DNA of 56,042 nucleotides from NCBI GenBank assembly GCA_046351555.1, contig JAXLYI010000029.1, positions 109,727 to 165,768 of the forward strand, given 5' to 3'. Both the position numbers and the translations under genes were made by a program. The stretch comes from Polyangiales bacterium. Lineage in GTDB: Bacteria > Myxococcota_A > Polyangia > Polyangiales > Ga0077539. Every line of letters begins with the position of its first letter. Within the stretch, counting starts at the first letter, position 1. The notes beneath the pieces are model-generated. The model was not told where the DNA came from. It saw only the letters and a program-made list of their open reading frames with translations, and did not search any database. Below, piece after piece: positions 1 through 9,050 of the stretch.

Positions 1-14
1 GAACTGAGCGGCCC

Positions 15-640
15 GTGACGTTCTGGAAATGGATCGGCGCGCGCCCGGCCATTCCCGCGGCGATGATCTCGGGCGCCGCGCCGATCGAGGACCTGCCCGA
101 CGACGGCACGGCGCGCCCGCGCGCGGTGTGCCCGCCGGCGGATTTCGACGCCTGCTACGAGGCCCACTTCGACTTCGTCGCGCGGAGCCTGCGGCACCTC
201 GGCGTGCCCGACGCCGCGCTCGACGACGCCGCGCAGGAGGTGTTCCTGGTGGTGCACCGGCGGCTCGCGGGCTTCGACCACCGCGCGTCGATCCGGGGCT
301 GGCTCTTCGCCATCGCGATCAACGTGGCGCGCGACCACCGCCGCGCGGCGCGCCGCAAGGGGGGGCACGCGCCGCTCCCGGAGGACGTCGCCGACCGCGC
401 GCCCGGCCCCCACGACGCGCTCGCGCGCGCTGAGGCGCTGCGGCTGCTCGACGCGCTGCTCGCCGAGCTCGACGACGACCGCCGCGCGGTGTTCCTGATG
501 GTCGACTACGAGCAGATGACCGCGCCCGAGGCCGCCGCGGCGCTCGGCGCCAACGTGAACACGATCTGCGCGCCTCCGCGCGGCCCCGCCAAGTTCGCGG
601 CCGCGCTCGCCCGCCACCGCGCGAGGACCGATGACGGGCT
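15..640 (+). CDS. ECF-family RNA polymerase sigma factor (region 2 and region 4 present); no in-frame stop until 1205
   Basis: sigma-70 region 2 signature FDACYEAHFDFVARSLRHLGVPDAALDDAAQEVFLVVHRRLAGFDHRASIRGWLFAIAINVARDHRR. Region 4 signature RRAVFLMVDYEQMTAPEAAAALGANVNTI. Reading frame continues into Pro/Arg-rich low-complexity sequence to 1205, so the true C-terminus is unclear. Confidence 0.7.
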
Positions 641-1402
641 CCCCGACGACGCCAGGCCCTCCTCCGCGACGCCCGCGGCGCCGACCTCCCGACGGCGCCC
701 GCCGCGCCCGCGTCCGCGCCCTCCTCGCCGCGCAGCTCCGCCGCCCCGCCGCCGCCGACCGCGCCCTCCGCCGCACCGCCGCCCGCGGCCGCGTCGGGCC
801 TCGCCGCGAAGGCCGTCGCCGCCGTCGCCGTCGCCGTCGCGCTCGCTGCGGGCGTGCGCGCGTCGCGGCCCCCGCGGCCCGCCCCCCCGACGCACGACCG
901 CGTCGTCGCCCCCGCCGCAGCCCCGCGCGCCACGCCCGCGACGCCCCCCGCACCCGCGGAGGCGCCGCCGACCGTCGTTGCGCTCGACCCACCCCCTGCG
1001 CCCGTGGCTCGCCGCCGCGCTACGCCGCATGTGCCCTCGACGCGTCGCGCGCCCGTTGCTCCGCCCGCGGTGGAGGCCGCACCGCCCGTCGCTCTGGCAG
1101 TGGTCACGTCGCCCGCCCCCGCCGCAGGGACGATGGCCGCGGAGCTCGACCTGCTCCAACGCTCGCAGTTCGCGCTCGACCAGCACCGCACCGCCGTGGC
1201 GCTGAGCCTCCTCGATGAGTACGCGGCGGCCCACCCCGCCGGCGTGCTCCGCCAGGAGGCCGCGGCCCAGCGCGTCCTCGCCCTCTGCGCTCGCGGGCGC
1301 GACGCCGAGGCGCGCGCCGTCGCGGCAGACTTGCTGCGCGAGGCGCCCCGCTCTCCCGCCGCGACACGGGTCCGGGCCTCGTGCGCCGCGCCGCCGCGCT
1401 GA
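640..1402 (+). CDS. putative anti-sigma factor (single TM helix followed by a helical C-terminal domain); start codon and frame entry unresolved
   Basis: Frame +2 encodes the TM helix AASGLAAKAVAAVAVAVALAAGV, then ELDLLQRSQFALDQHRTAVALSLLDEYAAAHPAGVLRQEAAAQRVLALCARGRDAEARAVAADLLREAP. It sits immediately downstream of the ECF sigma. ATGA at 631-634, but the frames do not connect cleanly. Confidence 0.4.
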
Positions 1403-1492
1403 AAGGTTGTCGAACATTCGCCCCCGTCCGCCGGCTCGCAAGACGCACGGAACAACCGCCGCGCCAGGCGATCGCGCGACCCGGGACGGGCG

Positions 1493-2263
1493 TCAGCCGG
1501 GGTTGAGCACGGTCCCGTCGACGCCGGCGTCGAGGGGAGGGTTGCACGCGGCCCCTGTCACCACCTGCCACACCTCGTGCGCGCACACGACCTGGATGGA
1601 GATCGGCAGGTTGCCCGGGCACGGCACCGTGTAGCTGCACGGCGTCGCGTCGAGGCGCGCGCAGGGATCCCCCGCGGCCGGCGCCGTGGCGGGGCACGCG
1701 GCGCTCGACGCGTCGGCGTCGGTCGTCGCGTCGACGTCGGCCGTCGCGTCGACGGCGTCGAGGGGGACGTCGGGCGGCGGGTTGCAGGAGACCTCCGTGA
1801 CCTGCCACCCCGTCGACGTGCACGACGCGGAGATGGGGGCGCCGCCGAAGGGAGGGCACGGCGCGCCCGTGTAGTTGCACGGGCCCGTCAGCCGAGCGTC
1901 GCACGACGCGCCTTGCGTGGGGACCGACGACGGGCACTGCGGGGGCGCTTCGTCCGTGGGGACGTCGCCCCCGTCGCCCGAGACCCGGGGCGGGTTGCAG
2001 GAGACCTCGAAGACGCTCCACCGCCCGCCGACGCAGCGCCCCGTGGGCCCCGACGGCCCCCACGGCGGGCACGGCACGCCTCCCCAGGAGCACGTAGTCT
2101 CCTCCGGGAGCGAGCAGGCCTCCCCGCTCATCGGCGCGCTCATCGGGCACGACGCGTCGCCCCCAGACGTCGGAGGATCCGTGGACGTGAGCGAGCACCC
2201 CTCCATTGCTGCGCCCACCACCGTCACCACGAACGCCGCCCGCAACACCTTGCTTCGCTTCAT
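1493..2263 (-). CDS. secreted lipoprotein with three tandem ~50-aa Cys-rich modules
   Basis: Lipoprotein signal MKRSKVLRAAFVVTVVGAAMEGCS. Repeated pattern C...C..G.PCPP.G...C..G.W.V.EVSCNPP occurs three times. Confidence 0.65.
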   Translation of the reverse strand: MKRSKVLRAAFVVTVVGAAMEGCSLTSTDPPTSGGDASCPMSAPMSGEACSLPEETTCSWGGVPCPPWGPSGPTGRCVGGRWSVFEVSCNPPRVSGDGGDVPTDEAPPQCPSSVPTQGASCDARLTGPCNYTGAPCPPFGGAPISASCTSTGWQVTEVSCNPPPDVPLDAVDATADVDATTDADASSAACPATAPAAGDPCARLDATPCSYTVPCPGNLPISIQVVCAHEVWQVVTGAACNPPLDAGVDGTVLNPG

Positions 2264-2295
2264 GGGGTTCTCCTCTTCACAGTGCGTGCCGCGCG

Positions 2296-2313
2296 GTGAA
2301 CGTCTCCGTTCAC
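2296..2313. promoter_or_regulatory. perfect palindrome GTGAACG-N4-CGTTCAC in the divergent intergenic region between the Cys-rich lipoprotein gene and the ACP operon; candidate operator
   Basis: Read directly: gtgaacgtctccgttcac. Confidence 0.3.
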
Positions 2314-2610
2314 GCTACGCCGCCTTCGATCGCCCATGACGTTGGCGTCACGGTGTGCCTAAGAGCCTCCGCCCCCGTCGGGGAGCGCGGCGCGCCCGAC
2401 CGCCGGGGAGACGTGATCCGACATGAGTGCGAGACGCCCGCCCCCGCCTTCAAGAATTCGTGAGCCGCGACCCCCAACTGGCGCCGTCGCGCGACGGCCC
2501 GCACTCCCTCCCCGCCTGCGGTGTGCGGGGCGTCGCACGGGGCGCCCGCGGGATGCCCGATCTCCCGCGCGGCACCGCGGTTGCTGCCGTGTTCGCGTGG
2601 AGAGCCGCTG

Positions 2611-2880
2611 ATGCACACGCCCCCCGACGCGACCGCCCTCGCGGTGCGCCAGACCATCGCCGACACGCTGCGCCGCGCCCTCGACGAGGTCGCACCCGAC
2701 GCGACCTTCGACGGCGCGGGCCTCGGGCTCGACTCCCTGGCGGTCATCCAGGTGCAGGTGGCCCTCGAAGAGCGCTTCGACGTCGCCCTCCCCGACCTGC
2801 TCGACGACGACTCCGCCCGGCCCCGCGCGGTGCGCGACGTGGTCGCCCTCGTGGCCGCGCTCGCGGCGGGGCGTTCGTGA
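2611..2880 (+). CDS. acyl carrier protein
   Basis: Phosphopantetheine attachment motif GLGLDSLAVIQVQVALEERF; ~90 aa; stop overlaps the next start (TGATG). Confidence 0.8.
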   Translation: MHTPPDATALAVRQTIADTLRRALDEVAPDATFDGAGLGLDSLAVIQVQVALEERFDVALPDLLDDDSARPRAVRDVVALVAALAAGRS

Positions 2881-3806
2881 TGGGCGCCCCGCGCACCCGC
2901 GCCGAGCGCGAGGCCGCCGCGCGCACGCCCGCCGAGCAGGTGGCCCACGAGCGGGCCGCCGTCGCCGCCCACTACGAGCACGACCCGGCGGTGTTCGCGC
3001 TGGTGCTCGACCCGCGCCTCGCCTACGCCACGGGCGTCTTCGAAAGCCCCGACGACGACCTCGCCGCCGCGCAGGAGCGCAAGTTCGCCCGCGTCGCCGC
3101 GAAGCTCGCGATCCGGCCCGGCGAGCGCGTCCTCGACGTGGGCTGCGGCTGGGGGTCGAACCTCCTCTACCTCGCCGAGCACACGGGCGGCACCTTCCAC
3201 GGCATCACGCTCAGCGCCGCCCAGCGCGCCGAGACGCTCGCCCGCGCCGAGGCCCTCGGCGTGGCCGACCGCGTCCGCGTCGACCTCTGCCACATCGAGT
3301 CCCTCGCGGCCGAACCGCAAAGCTACGACGCGGTGCTGTTCTCCGGGAGCATCGTCCACATGCACCACCGCGCGGAGGTGCACGCCGCGGTGGCGCGGAT
3401 GCTCCGGCCCGGCGGGCGGCTCCTCATCTCCGACTGCTACTTCCCGGCGCAGCCCCGCGGCGACCGGGAGAGCGCCGCGACCCACCACATCTTCGTCGAC
3501 GCCCTCGGCTACTGCCGCCTCGTCACGCTCTCCGAGGAGCTCTCCCTCATCGAGCAGGCCGGCCTCGACGTCCTCCACGTCGAAGACCTCACCGCCCACT
3601 ACGTCCTCACCGTCGACCGCTGGATCGACAACGTCCGGCGCAACCGCGCCCGCATCGAGGCCCTCGCCCCGGGCTTCTCGCGCCTCCTCCAGTCGTACAT
3701 GACGGTCGGCCGGCTGAGCTTCGCGCGACGCACCGCCCTCGAGTACATGATCCTCGCGACGAAGGGGCGCCCCGCGGTCGACGTCGGGCGCTGGGCCCTG
3801 CCGTGA
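2880..3806 (+). CDS. cyclopropane-fatty-acyl-phospholipid synthase family SAM-dependent methyltransferase
   Basis: SAM motif VLDVGCGWGSNLLYLAEH. CMAS-like N-terminus YEHDPAVFALVLDPRLAYATGVFE. Start overlaps the ACP stop. Confidence 0.85.
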   Translation: MGAPRTRAEREAAARTPAEQVAHERAAVAAHYEHDPAVFALVLDPRLAYATGVFESPDDDLAAAQERKFARVAAKLAIRPGERVLDVGCGWGSNLLYLAEHTGGTFHGITLSAAQRAETLARAEALGVADRVRVDLCHIESLAAEPQSYDAVLFSGSIVHMHHRAEVHAAVARMLRPGGRLLISDCYFPAQPRGDRESAATHHIFVDALGYCRLVTLSEELSLIEQAGLDVLHVEDLTAHYVLTVDRWIDNVRRNRARIEALAPGFSRLLQSYMTVGRLSFARRTALEYMILATKGRPAVDVGRWALP

Positions 3807-5461
3807 CCGCGCCGCCCGACACGATGGCGTCGCTCGTGCGGGCGCGTGCCGAGCGGTCGCCCGACGACGTCGCGCTGTGCACGCGCCGCGACGGGCGGTG
3901 GACGCCGTGCACGTGGGCCTCGCTCTGGGAGGACGCCCGCCGGGTCGCGTCGGGCCTCGCCGCGGCGGGGCTGCGGCCGGGCGACCACGCGCTCTTCCTG
4001 CTGCCCGAGGTGGAGCTCGCCGTCCCGATGCTCTTCGGCGCGTGGGCGCTGGGCGTGGTGCCCGCGATGGTGGGCGTCCCGTTTCGTCTGACGGACGTCG
4101 CCCGCTTCGTCGACGGGCTCCGCGACACCGCGCGCCGCCTCGACGCCCGCGCGCTGGTGACCTCGCGCGCGCTCGCGGCCTTCGCGACCGACGCAGAGGC
4201 GCTCCCCGTGATCGCCGCGGAGGACCTCCTCGCCCACGACGTCGCCCCCTTCGCGGTGGCCCGCGCGTCCGCCGCGCCCGCGCTCATCCAGCCCACCAGC
4301 GGGAGCACCGGCCGCCCGCGCGGGGTCGTCCTCGCCCACGACCGCCTCCTCACCCACGTCGCGTGCGTGAGCGCCGCGCTGCCCGCCGACGCGTCGTCCG
4401 TGGGCCTCTCGTGGCTCCCGCTCCACCACGACATGGGGCTCGTCGGGGGCCTGCTCTACCCGCTCGTCAACGGCTTCGTCGTCCACCTGCTCCCGCCCGC
4501 GGACTTCCGCGCGAGGCCCTTCTCATGGCTGGAGGCGATGAGCGAGCTCCGCGCCACGATGACCGCCGCGCCGCCGTCGGCCTACGCGGTCGCAGCGCGC
4601 CTCGCCCCGCGCGCCGCCGCGGCGGGGCTCTGCTTCGACGCGTGGGCGTGCGCGATGGTCGGCGCCGAGCCCGTCCGACCCGCCGCGCTGCGCCGCTTCG
4701 CCGAGGGCTTCGCGCCGCTGGGCTTCCGCGCGGAGGCGTTCTTCCCGGTGTACGGGCTCGCCGAGGCGACCGTGGCGGTCACCTTCCCGCGGCCCCTCGC
4801 GCCCACCCGCGTCGACGTGGTCGACCGCGACGCGATCGAGCGGGAGGGCCGGGCGGCGCCCTGCGACGCGTCGGCGCGGGCGATGGAGTTCGTCTCGGTG
4901 GGCGCGCCCATCCCGCGCACCGAGGTGCGTATCACCGCGGGCGACGGCGGCGCGCTGCCCGAGCGCCGCGTCGGGGAGATCGTCGTCCGCTCGCCGTCGC
5001 TGATGGTGGGCTACCACGACGAGCCCGAGGCCACCGCGGCGGCGCTGCGCGACGGGTGGCTGCACACGGGCGACCTGGGCTACCTCGCCGACGGCGAGCT
5101 CTTCGTCACGGGCCGCGTGAAGGACGTCATCCTCCGCGGCGGGCACGGGATCCTCCCGACGGCGGTGGAGGAGGCGGCGTCGGAGGTCGAGGGCGTGCGC
5201 GCGGGCTGCGTCGCGGCGGTCGGCGTGCCCGACGAGGACACCGAGCGCTGCGTCGTCCTCGCCGAGACCCACGAGGCCCCCTCGGCCCACGCCGCGCTCG
5301 AAGCCCGCGTCCGCGGCGCGCTCGAAGCCAGAGGGCTCTTCGTCGACCGCGTCGTGCTCCTCCCGCCCGGCGCGCTCCCCCGCACGACGAGCGGCAAGCT
5401 GCGCCGCCGCGCCGTCGCCGACGCGCTCGCCGCGGGCCGCGCGCTGGAGGCGGCGGAGTGA
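3803..5461 (+). CDS. fatty acyl-AMP ligase / acyl-CoA synthetase family adenylating enzyme
   Basis: AMP-binding motifs QPTSGSTGRPRGVVLAHD, YGLAEATV, TGDLGY, SGKLRRR. GTGA overlap with the upstream methyltransferase. Confidence 0.85.
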   Translation: MTAPPDTMASLVRARAERSPDDVALCTRRDGRWTPCTWASLWEDARRVASGLAAAGLRPGDHALFLLPEVELAVPMLFGAWALGVVPAMVGVPFRLTDVARFVDGLRDTARRLDARALVTSRALAAFATDAEALPVIAAEDLLAHDVAPFAVARASAAPALIQPTSGSTGRPRGVVLAHDRLLTHVACVSAALPADASSVGLSWLPLHHDMGLVGGLLYPLVNGFVVHLLPPADFRARPFSWLEAMSELRATMTAAPPSAYAVAARLAPRAAAAGLCFDAWACAMVGAEPVRPAALRRFAEGFAPLGFRAEAFFPVYGLAEATVAVTFPRPLAPTRVDVVDRDAIEREGRAAPCDASARAMEFVSVGAPIPRTEVRITAGDGGALPERRVGEIVVRSPSLMVGYHDEPEATAAALRDGWLHTGDLGYLADGELFVTGRVKDVILRGGHGILPTAVEEAASEVEGVRAGCVAAVGVPDEDTERCVVLAETHEAPSAHAALEARVRGALEARGLFVDRVVLLPPGALPRTTSGKLRRRAVADALAAGRALEAAE

Positions 5462-6090
5462 CCGCGCTCGAGGCGCTGACCCTGCGCGGCGACGCGGGGT
5501 GCCTGGAGGCCCTCTGGCAGCCCCACCCGGGCGCGGCGGGCGCGGCGCTGGTGTGCCACTCGCACCCCGAGTACGGCGGGAGCGTGCGCGACCGGGTGGT
5601 CCACCGGATGGCGCGCGCGCTGGGGGCGGCGGGCTTCGCGGTGCTCCGCTTCAACTTCCGCGGCGTGGGGGCGAGCGAGGGGCGCTTCGACGGCGGGCGG
5701 GGCGAGCGCGACGACGTGCGGGCCGCGATCGACCACCTCGCCCGCGCACACGGGCGCGTCCTGGTGGCGGGCTACTCCTTCGGCGCGTGGGTGGGGCTCG
5801 CGGCGGGGGCAGCCGACCCGCGGGTGTCCGCGCTCTGCGGCGTGGGGGCGCCGGCGGACGTGTTCGATTTCGCCGCGGTGCGCGACGTCGGGAAGCCGCT
5901 CCTCGTCGTGCAGGGCGACCGTGACGAGTGGGGCTCGCTCGCGCACGTCCGCGCGGCGGTCGCGGCGGCCGGCGCGCGCGGGCACCTCGCGGTGATCCCC
6001 GGGGCCGACCACGCGTTTCGCGGCGGGCTCGACGCGATGATGGGCGCGGTCGAGGGCGGTGCCCGACAGGTGAGCCTCAGACCGGCGTGA
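5458..6090 (+). CDS. alpha/beta-hydrolase (thioesterase/acyltransferase-like), ~210 aa
   Basis: Nucleophile elbow GYSFGAW. GTG start overlapping the FAAL stop (GTGA). Terminal D/H residues present. Confidence 0.7.
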   Translation: MTALEALTLRGDAGCLEALWQPHPGAAGAALVCHSHPEYGGSVRDRVVHRMARALGAAGFAVLRFNFRGVGASEGRFDGGRGERDDVRAAIDHLARAHGRVLVAGYSFGAWVGLAAGAADPRVSALCGVGAPADVFDFAAVRDVGKPLLVVQGDRDEWGSLAHVRAAVAAAGARGHLAVIPGADHAFRGGLDAMMGAVEGGARQVSLRPA

Positions 6091-7606
6091 CCATGCGGTG
6101 CTTCGCGGGCCGCGACTCGTGCTTCGCCGTCAGCCGCGCGAGGCGCCGCGACAGCTCCTGCCGCAGCCCCTCGAAGGGAACCACCGCGTCGACCACCAGC
6201 TCGCTGGCGAGCTTGTAGAGGTCGATGTCCTCGCGGTACTCCGCGCGCAGCTTCGCCACGTAGGCCTCGCGCGCCTCGCCCTCGGGCTGCTCCTGGATCT
6301 TGTTGTAGTACACCGCGTTGACCGCCGCGTTGGGGCCCATCACCGCGATGCTCGCCGTCGGCAGCGCGAGGCACACGTCGGGCTCGAAGGCCGGGCCGCA
6401 CATCGCGTAGAGCCCCGCCCCGTAGGCCTTCCGCACCACCACGCTGATCTTCGGGACGCGCGCGTCGCTCATCGCGGCGATCATCTTCGCGCCCGCGCGG
6501 ATGATGCCCTGCTGCTCCACCTTGGTGCCGATCATGAAGCCCGGCACGTCGGCGAGGTAGAGCAGCGGCACGTTGAAGGCGTCGCACAGGGTAATGAACC
6601 GCGCGGCCTTGTCGGCCGAGTCGACGAAGAGCACGCCGCCCTTGTAGTAGGGGTTGTTGGCGACGATGCCCACCGCCTGCCCCTCGATGCGGGCGAAGGC
6701 CGTGATGATCTCCTGGGCGAAGAGCTTCTTCACCTCGACGTAGCTGTCGCGGTCGATGAGCTCGCGGATGAAGAGCTCCATCTTGAAGGGCTTGTTCTCG
6801 TCGACGGGGACGATGTCCTCGAGGCGCTTGCCCGAGGCCGCGGGCTCGACGGGCTCGATGCGCGGCACCCGCTCGCGCCAGCTCTGGGGCATGTACGCGA
6901 GGTAGCGCTTCGCCCAGGCGATGGCCTCGTCCTCGCTCTTCACCAGCACGTCGCCGCAGCCGGAGACGGAGCAGTGCATCTTCGCGCCGCCCATCTCCTC
7001 CAGCGTCACCTTCTCGCCGATGACCATCTCGGCCATGCGCGGCGAGCCGAGGTACATGCTCGCGTTGCCGTCGACCATCACCACCACGTCGCAGAAGGCC
7101 GGGATGTACGCCCCGCCCGCCGCGCTCGGCCCGAAGAGCAGGCACACCTGCGGGATCTGCCCGGAGAGCTGCACCTGGTTGTAGAAGATCCGCCCCGCGC
7201 CGCGGCGCCCGGGGAACATCTCCACCTGATCCGTGATGCGCGCGCCGGCCGAGTCGACGAGGTAGAAGAGCGGGCACTGGAGGTCGCGCGCCACCTCTTG
7301 AATGCGAAGGATCTTCTCCACCGTGCGCCAGCCCCACGAGCCGGCCTTGATGGTGGAGTCGTTGGCCATGATGGCGACGGTGCGGCCGCCGACGGTGGCG
7401 GTGCCGGTGACCACGCCGTCGGCGGGGAGCTCGGGGTCGCGGTTGTTGGCGAGGGCGGCCTCCTCGATGAAGCTCCCCGGGTCGATGAGCCGGGCGATGC
7501 GCTCGCGGGCGAAGAGCTTCCCCTCCTTGGCGGCCTTCTGGTGGTACTTCTCGGCCCCGCCGCGCTCGACGCGCGCGAGCGTCTCCTTGAGCTTCGCGTC
7601 TGACAT
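6077..7606 (-). CDS. pccB: acyl-CoA carboxylase carboxyltransferase subunit (propionyl-CoA carboxylase beta / methylmalonyl-CoA carboxyltransferase family)
   Basis: Full-length match to the carboxyltransferase fold: ARERIARLIDPGSFIE, GRTVAIMANDSTIKAGSWG, LYLADVPGFMIG, VVVRKAYGAGLYAM. Confidence 0.9.
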   Translation of the reverse strand: MSDAKLKETLARVERGGAEKYHQKAAKEGKLFARERIARLIDPGSFIEEAALANNRDPELPADGVVTGTATVGGRTVAIMANDSTIKAGSWGWRTVEKILRIQEVARDLQCPLFYLVDSAGARITDQVEMFPGRRGAGRIFYNQVQLSGQIPQVCLLFGPSAAGGAYIPAFCDVVVMVDGNASMYLGSPRMAEMVIGEKVTLEEMGGAKMHCSVSGCGDVLVKSEDEAIAWAKRYLAYMPQSWRERVPRIEPVEPAASGKRLEDIVPVDENKPFKMELFIRELIDRDSYVEVKKLFAQEIITAFARIEGQAVGIVANNPYYKGGVLFVDSADKAARFITLCDAFNVPLLYLADVPGFMIGTKVEQQGIIRAGAKMIAAMSDARVPKISVVVRKAYGAGLYAMCGPAFEPDVCLALPTASIAVMGPNAAVNAVYYNKIQEQPEGEAREAYVAKLRAEYREDIDLYKLASELVVDAVVPFEGLRQELSRRLARLTAKHESRPAKHRMVTPV

Positions 7607-7677
7607 AGGTGGCGTCGACGGGTAGTCGAACGCGCCCGCCCGCGCAATGGCATCCTCGCGGTGGTAGCGTCGGCCGC

Positions 7678-9015
7678 ATGAAGCGGGCTTGGGTTCTGTT
7701 GCTTGCGGCGGGGTGCGCCAACACGGTCAGCGGGACGGGGAGCGCCGCAACGCCGACGACCAACCTCGACGTGACGGTGATCCTCTGGGCCCGCACGCCG
7801 GGGGCGCCGGGCGTCGGCGTGCCCGCCGTGGCCGAGGCGGACGACGGCACCTTCGCGTTCGGCGCCACCGACGCGAGCGGCCACCTTCGGATCAACCTCG
7901 ACCCGGCCCGTCGCTACGCCGTCACGCTGGTTCCGTCGGGCTACGTGCCCGTGTCGCTGCTGGGGGTCGCGGTCCCGTTTCGAACGACGGTGCGGCTCCA
8001 ACCCGTGGAGACGGGCCTCCGCCCCGCGGACGCGACGGTGTTCTCGCGGCGGGTCGACTACGCGGGCCGCCGCGCGCCGGCCAACCGCGTCGCGGTGGAG
8101 GGCGGCTTCAGCCACTTGATGAACGCGCCGAGCGGCAACGACTTCGTGGTGGAGGACTGGCCCAACGCGCCAGGGCTCGCGCTCTCGGCGATCGAGTTCG
8201 ACGGGGCCGGCGGGCTGCCGATCCGTGCGTACCGCCTCGGCAACACGCCGCGCCGCACGAGCGAGGCGCTGTCGGTGGACTTCTCCGGGCCGACGCTGCC
8301 GGCGATGACCGGGGCGAGCGTGCTGGAGTTTCCCGTGGTGGGGCAGGTGAGCAACACGATGTCCGTGGTGCCGCGGCGCGCGCTGGTGTTCCAGCGGAAG
8401 TACACCGCGACGGGCGACCGGCCGGCGACGGTGGGCGCCGCGCAGCTCGAGCCCCCGACGCCCGGGCGCGCCGCGCGGATGATCGTCACGTCGTTCGAAG
8501 GCGAGCTCCGCCCCGAGCGCGTGGTGGCGACCTTCCGCGTCGACCCGCTCACCCCGCGCGACCCCACGCGCGAGGTGGCCTTCGCCACGCGCCCGCCCTT
8601 CGCCGGCCTCGCCATCGCCCTCCCCCCGGTGCAAGACCTCCGCGTCGAGAACACCACCGCCGCCACCACCCAGGGGCTCGCATGGCAATACCCGCCCCGC
8701 CTCCACGCCGACACGCGCGGGTGGCACCGGGCGGCCTTCGCGGTGTTCGTTGGCGACTCCCTGCGCTGGGAGGGCTTCGCCGTCGACGCCGCGCCGTGGG
8801 TCGGCCTCCCCCTCCCCTCCCGCTTCCCCGTGCCGCTCACGGGCGCGCCGCGCGTGTCCTCTTCGCTCCACGCGTGTCTCCTGCGCGACGACCCCACCGC
8901 CACCGAACCGCCCTGGGCCCAGGCGCCCCTCATCGACGAAGCGGGCGCGGCGTCGCTCGGCCGCTCGCTCCTCCGCGTCTGCGCGATCGGCACCGACCGC
9001 CCGCCCAGCGGTTGA
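7678..9015 (+). CDS. hypothetical lipoprotein
   Basis: Lipoprotein signal MKRAWVLLLAAGCAN; coding-like composition; no recognised domain. Confidence 0.55.
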   Translation: MKRAWVLLLAAGCANTVSGTGSAATPTTNLDVTVILWARTPGAPGVGVPAVAEADDGTFAFGATDASGHLRINLDPARRYAVTLVPSGYVPVSLLGVAVPFRTTVRLQPVETGLRPADATVFSRRVDYAGRRAPANRVAVEGGFSHLMNAPSGNDFVVEDWPNAPGLALSAIEFDGAGGLPIRAYRLGNTPRRTSEALSVDFSGPTLPAMTGASVLEFPVVGQVSNTMSVVPRRALVFQRKYTATGDRPATVGAAQLEPPTPGRAARMIVTSFEGELRPERVVATFRVDPLTPRDPTREVAFATRPPFAGLAIALPPVQDLRVENTTAATTQGLAWQYPPRLHADTRGWHRAAFAVFVGDSLRWEGFAVDAAPWVGLPLPSRFPVPLTGAPRVSSSLHACLLRDDPTATEPPWAQAPLIDEAGAASLGRSLLRVCAIGTDRPPSG

Positions 9016-9050
9016 CGCGCGCGCCCCCCGGAGCGCAGGCTCCGCGCGTC

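Noticed and set aside
319-1455. Long minus-strand ORFs (319..1455, 506..1441, 1104..2198) antisense to the sigma/anti-sigma genes
   Set aside because: Arg/Gly/Ala-dominated low-complexity translations, typical of GC-rich antisense frames. No motifs, and they overlap better-supported genes.
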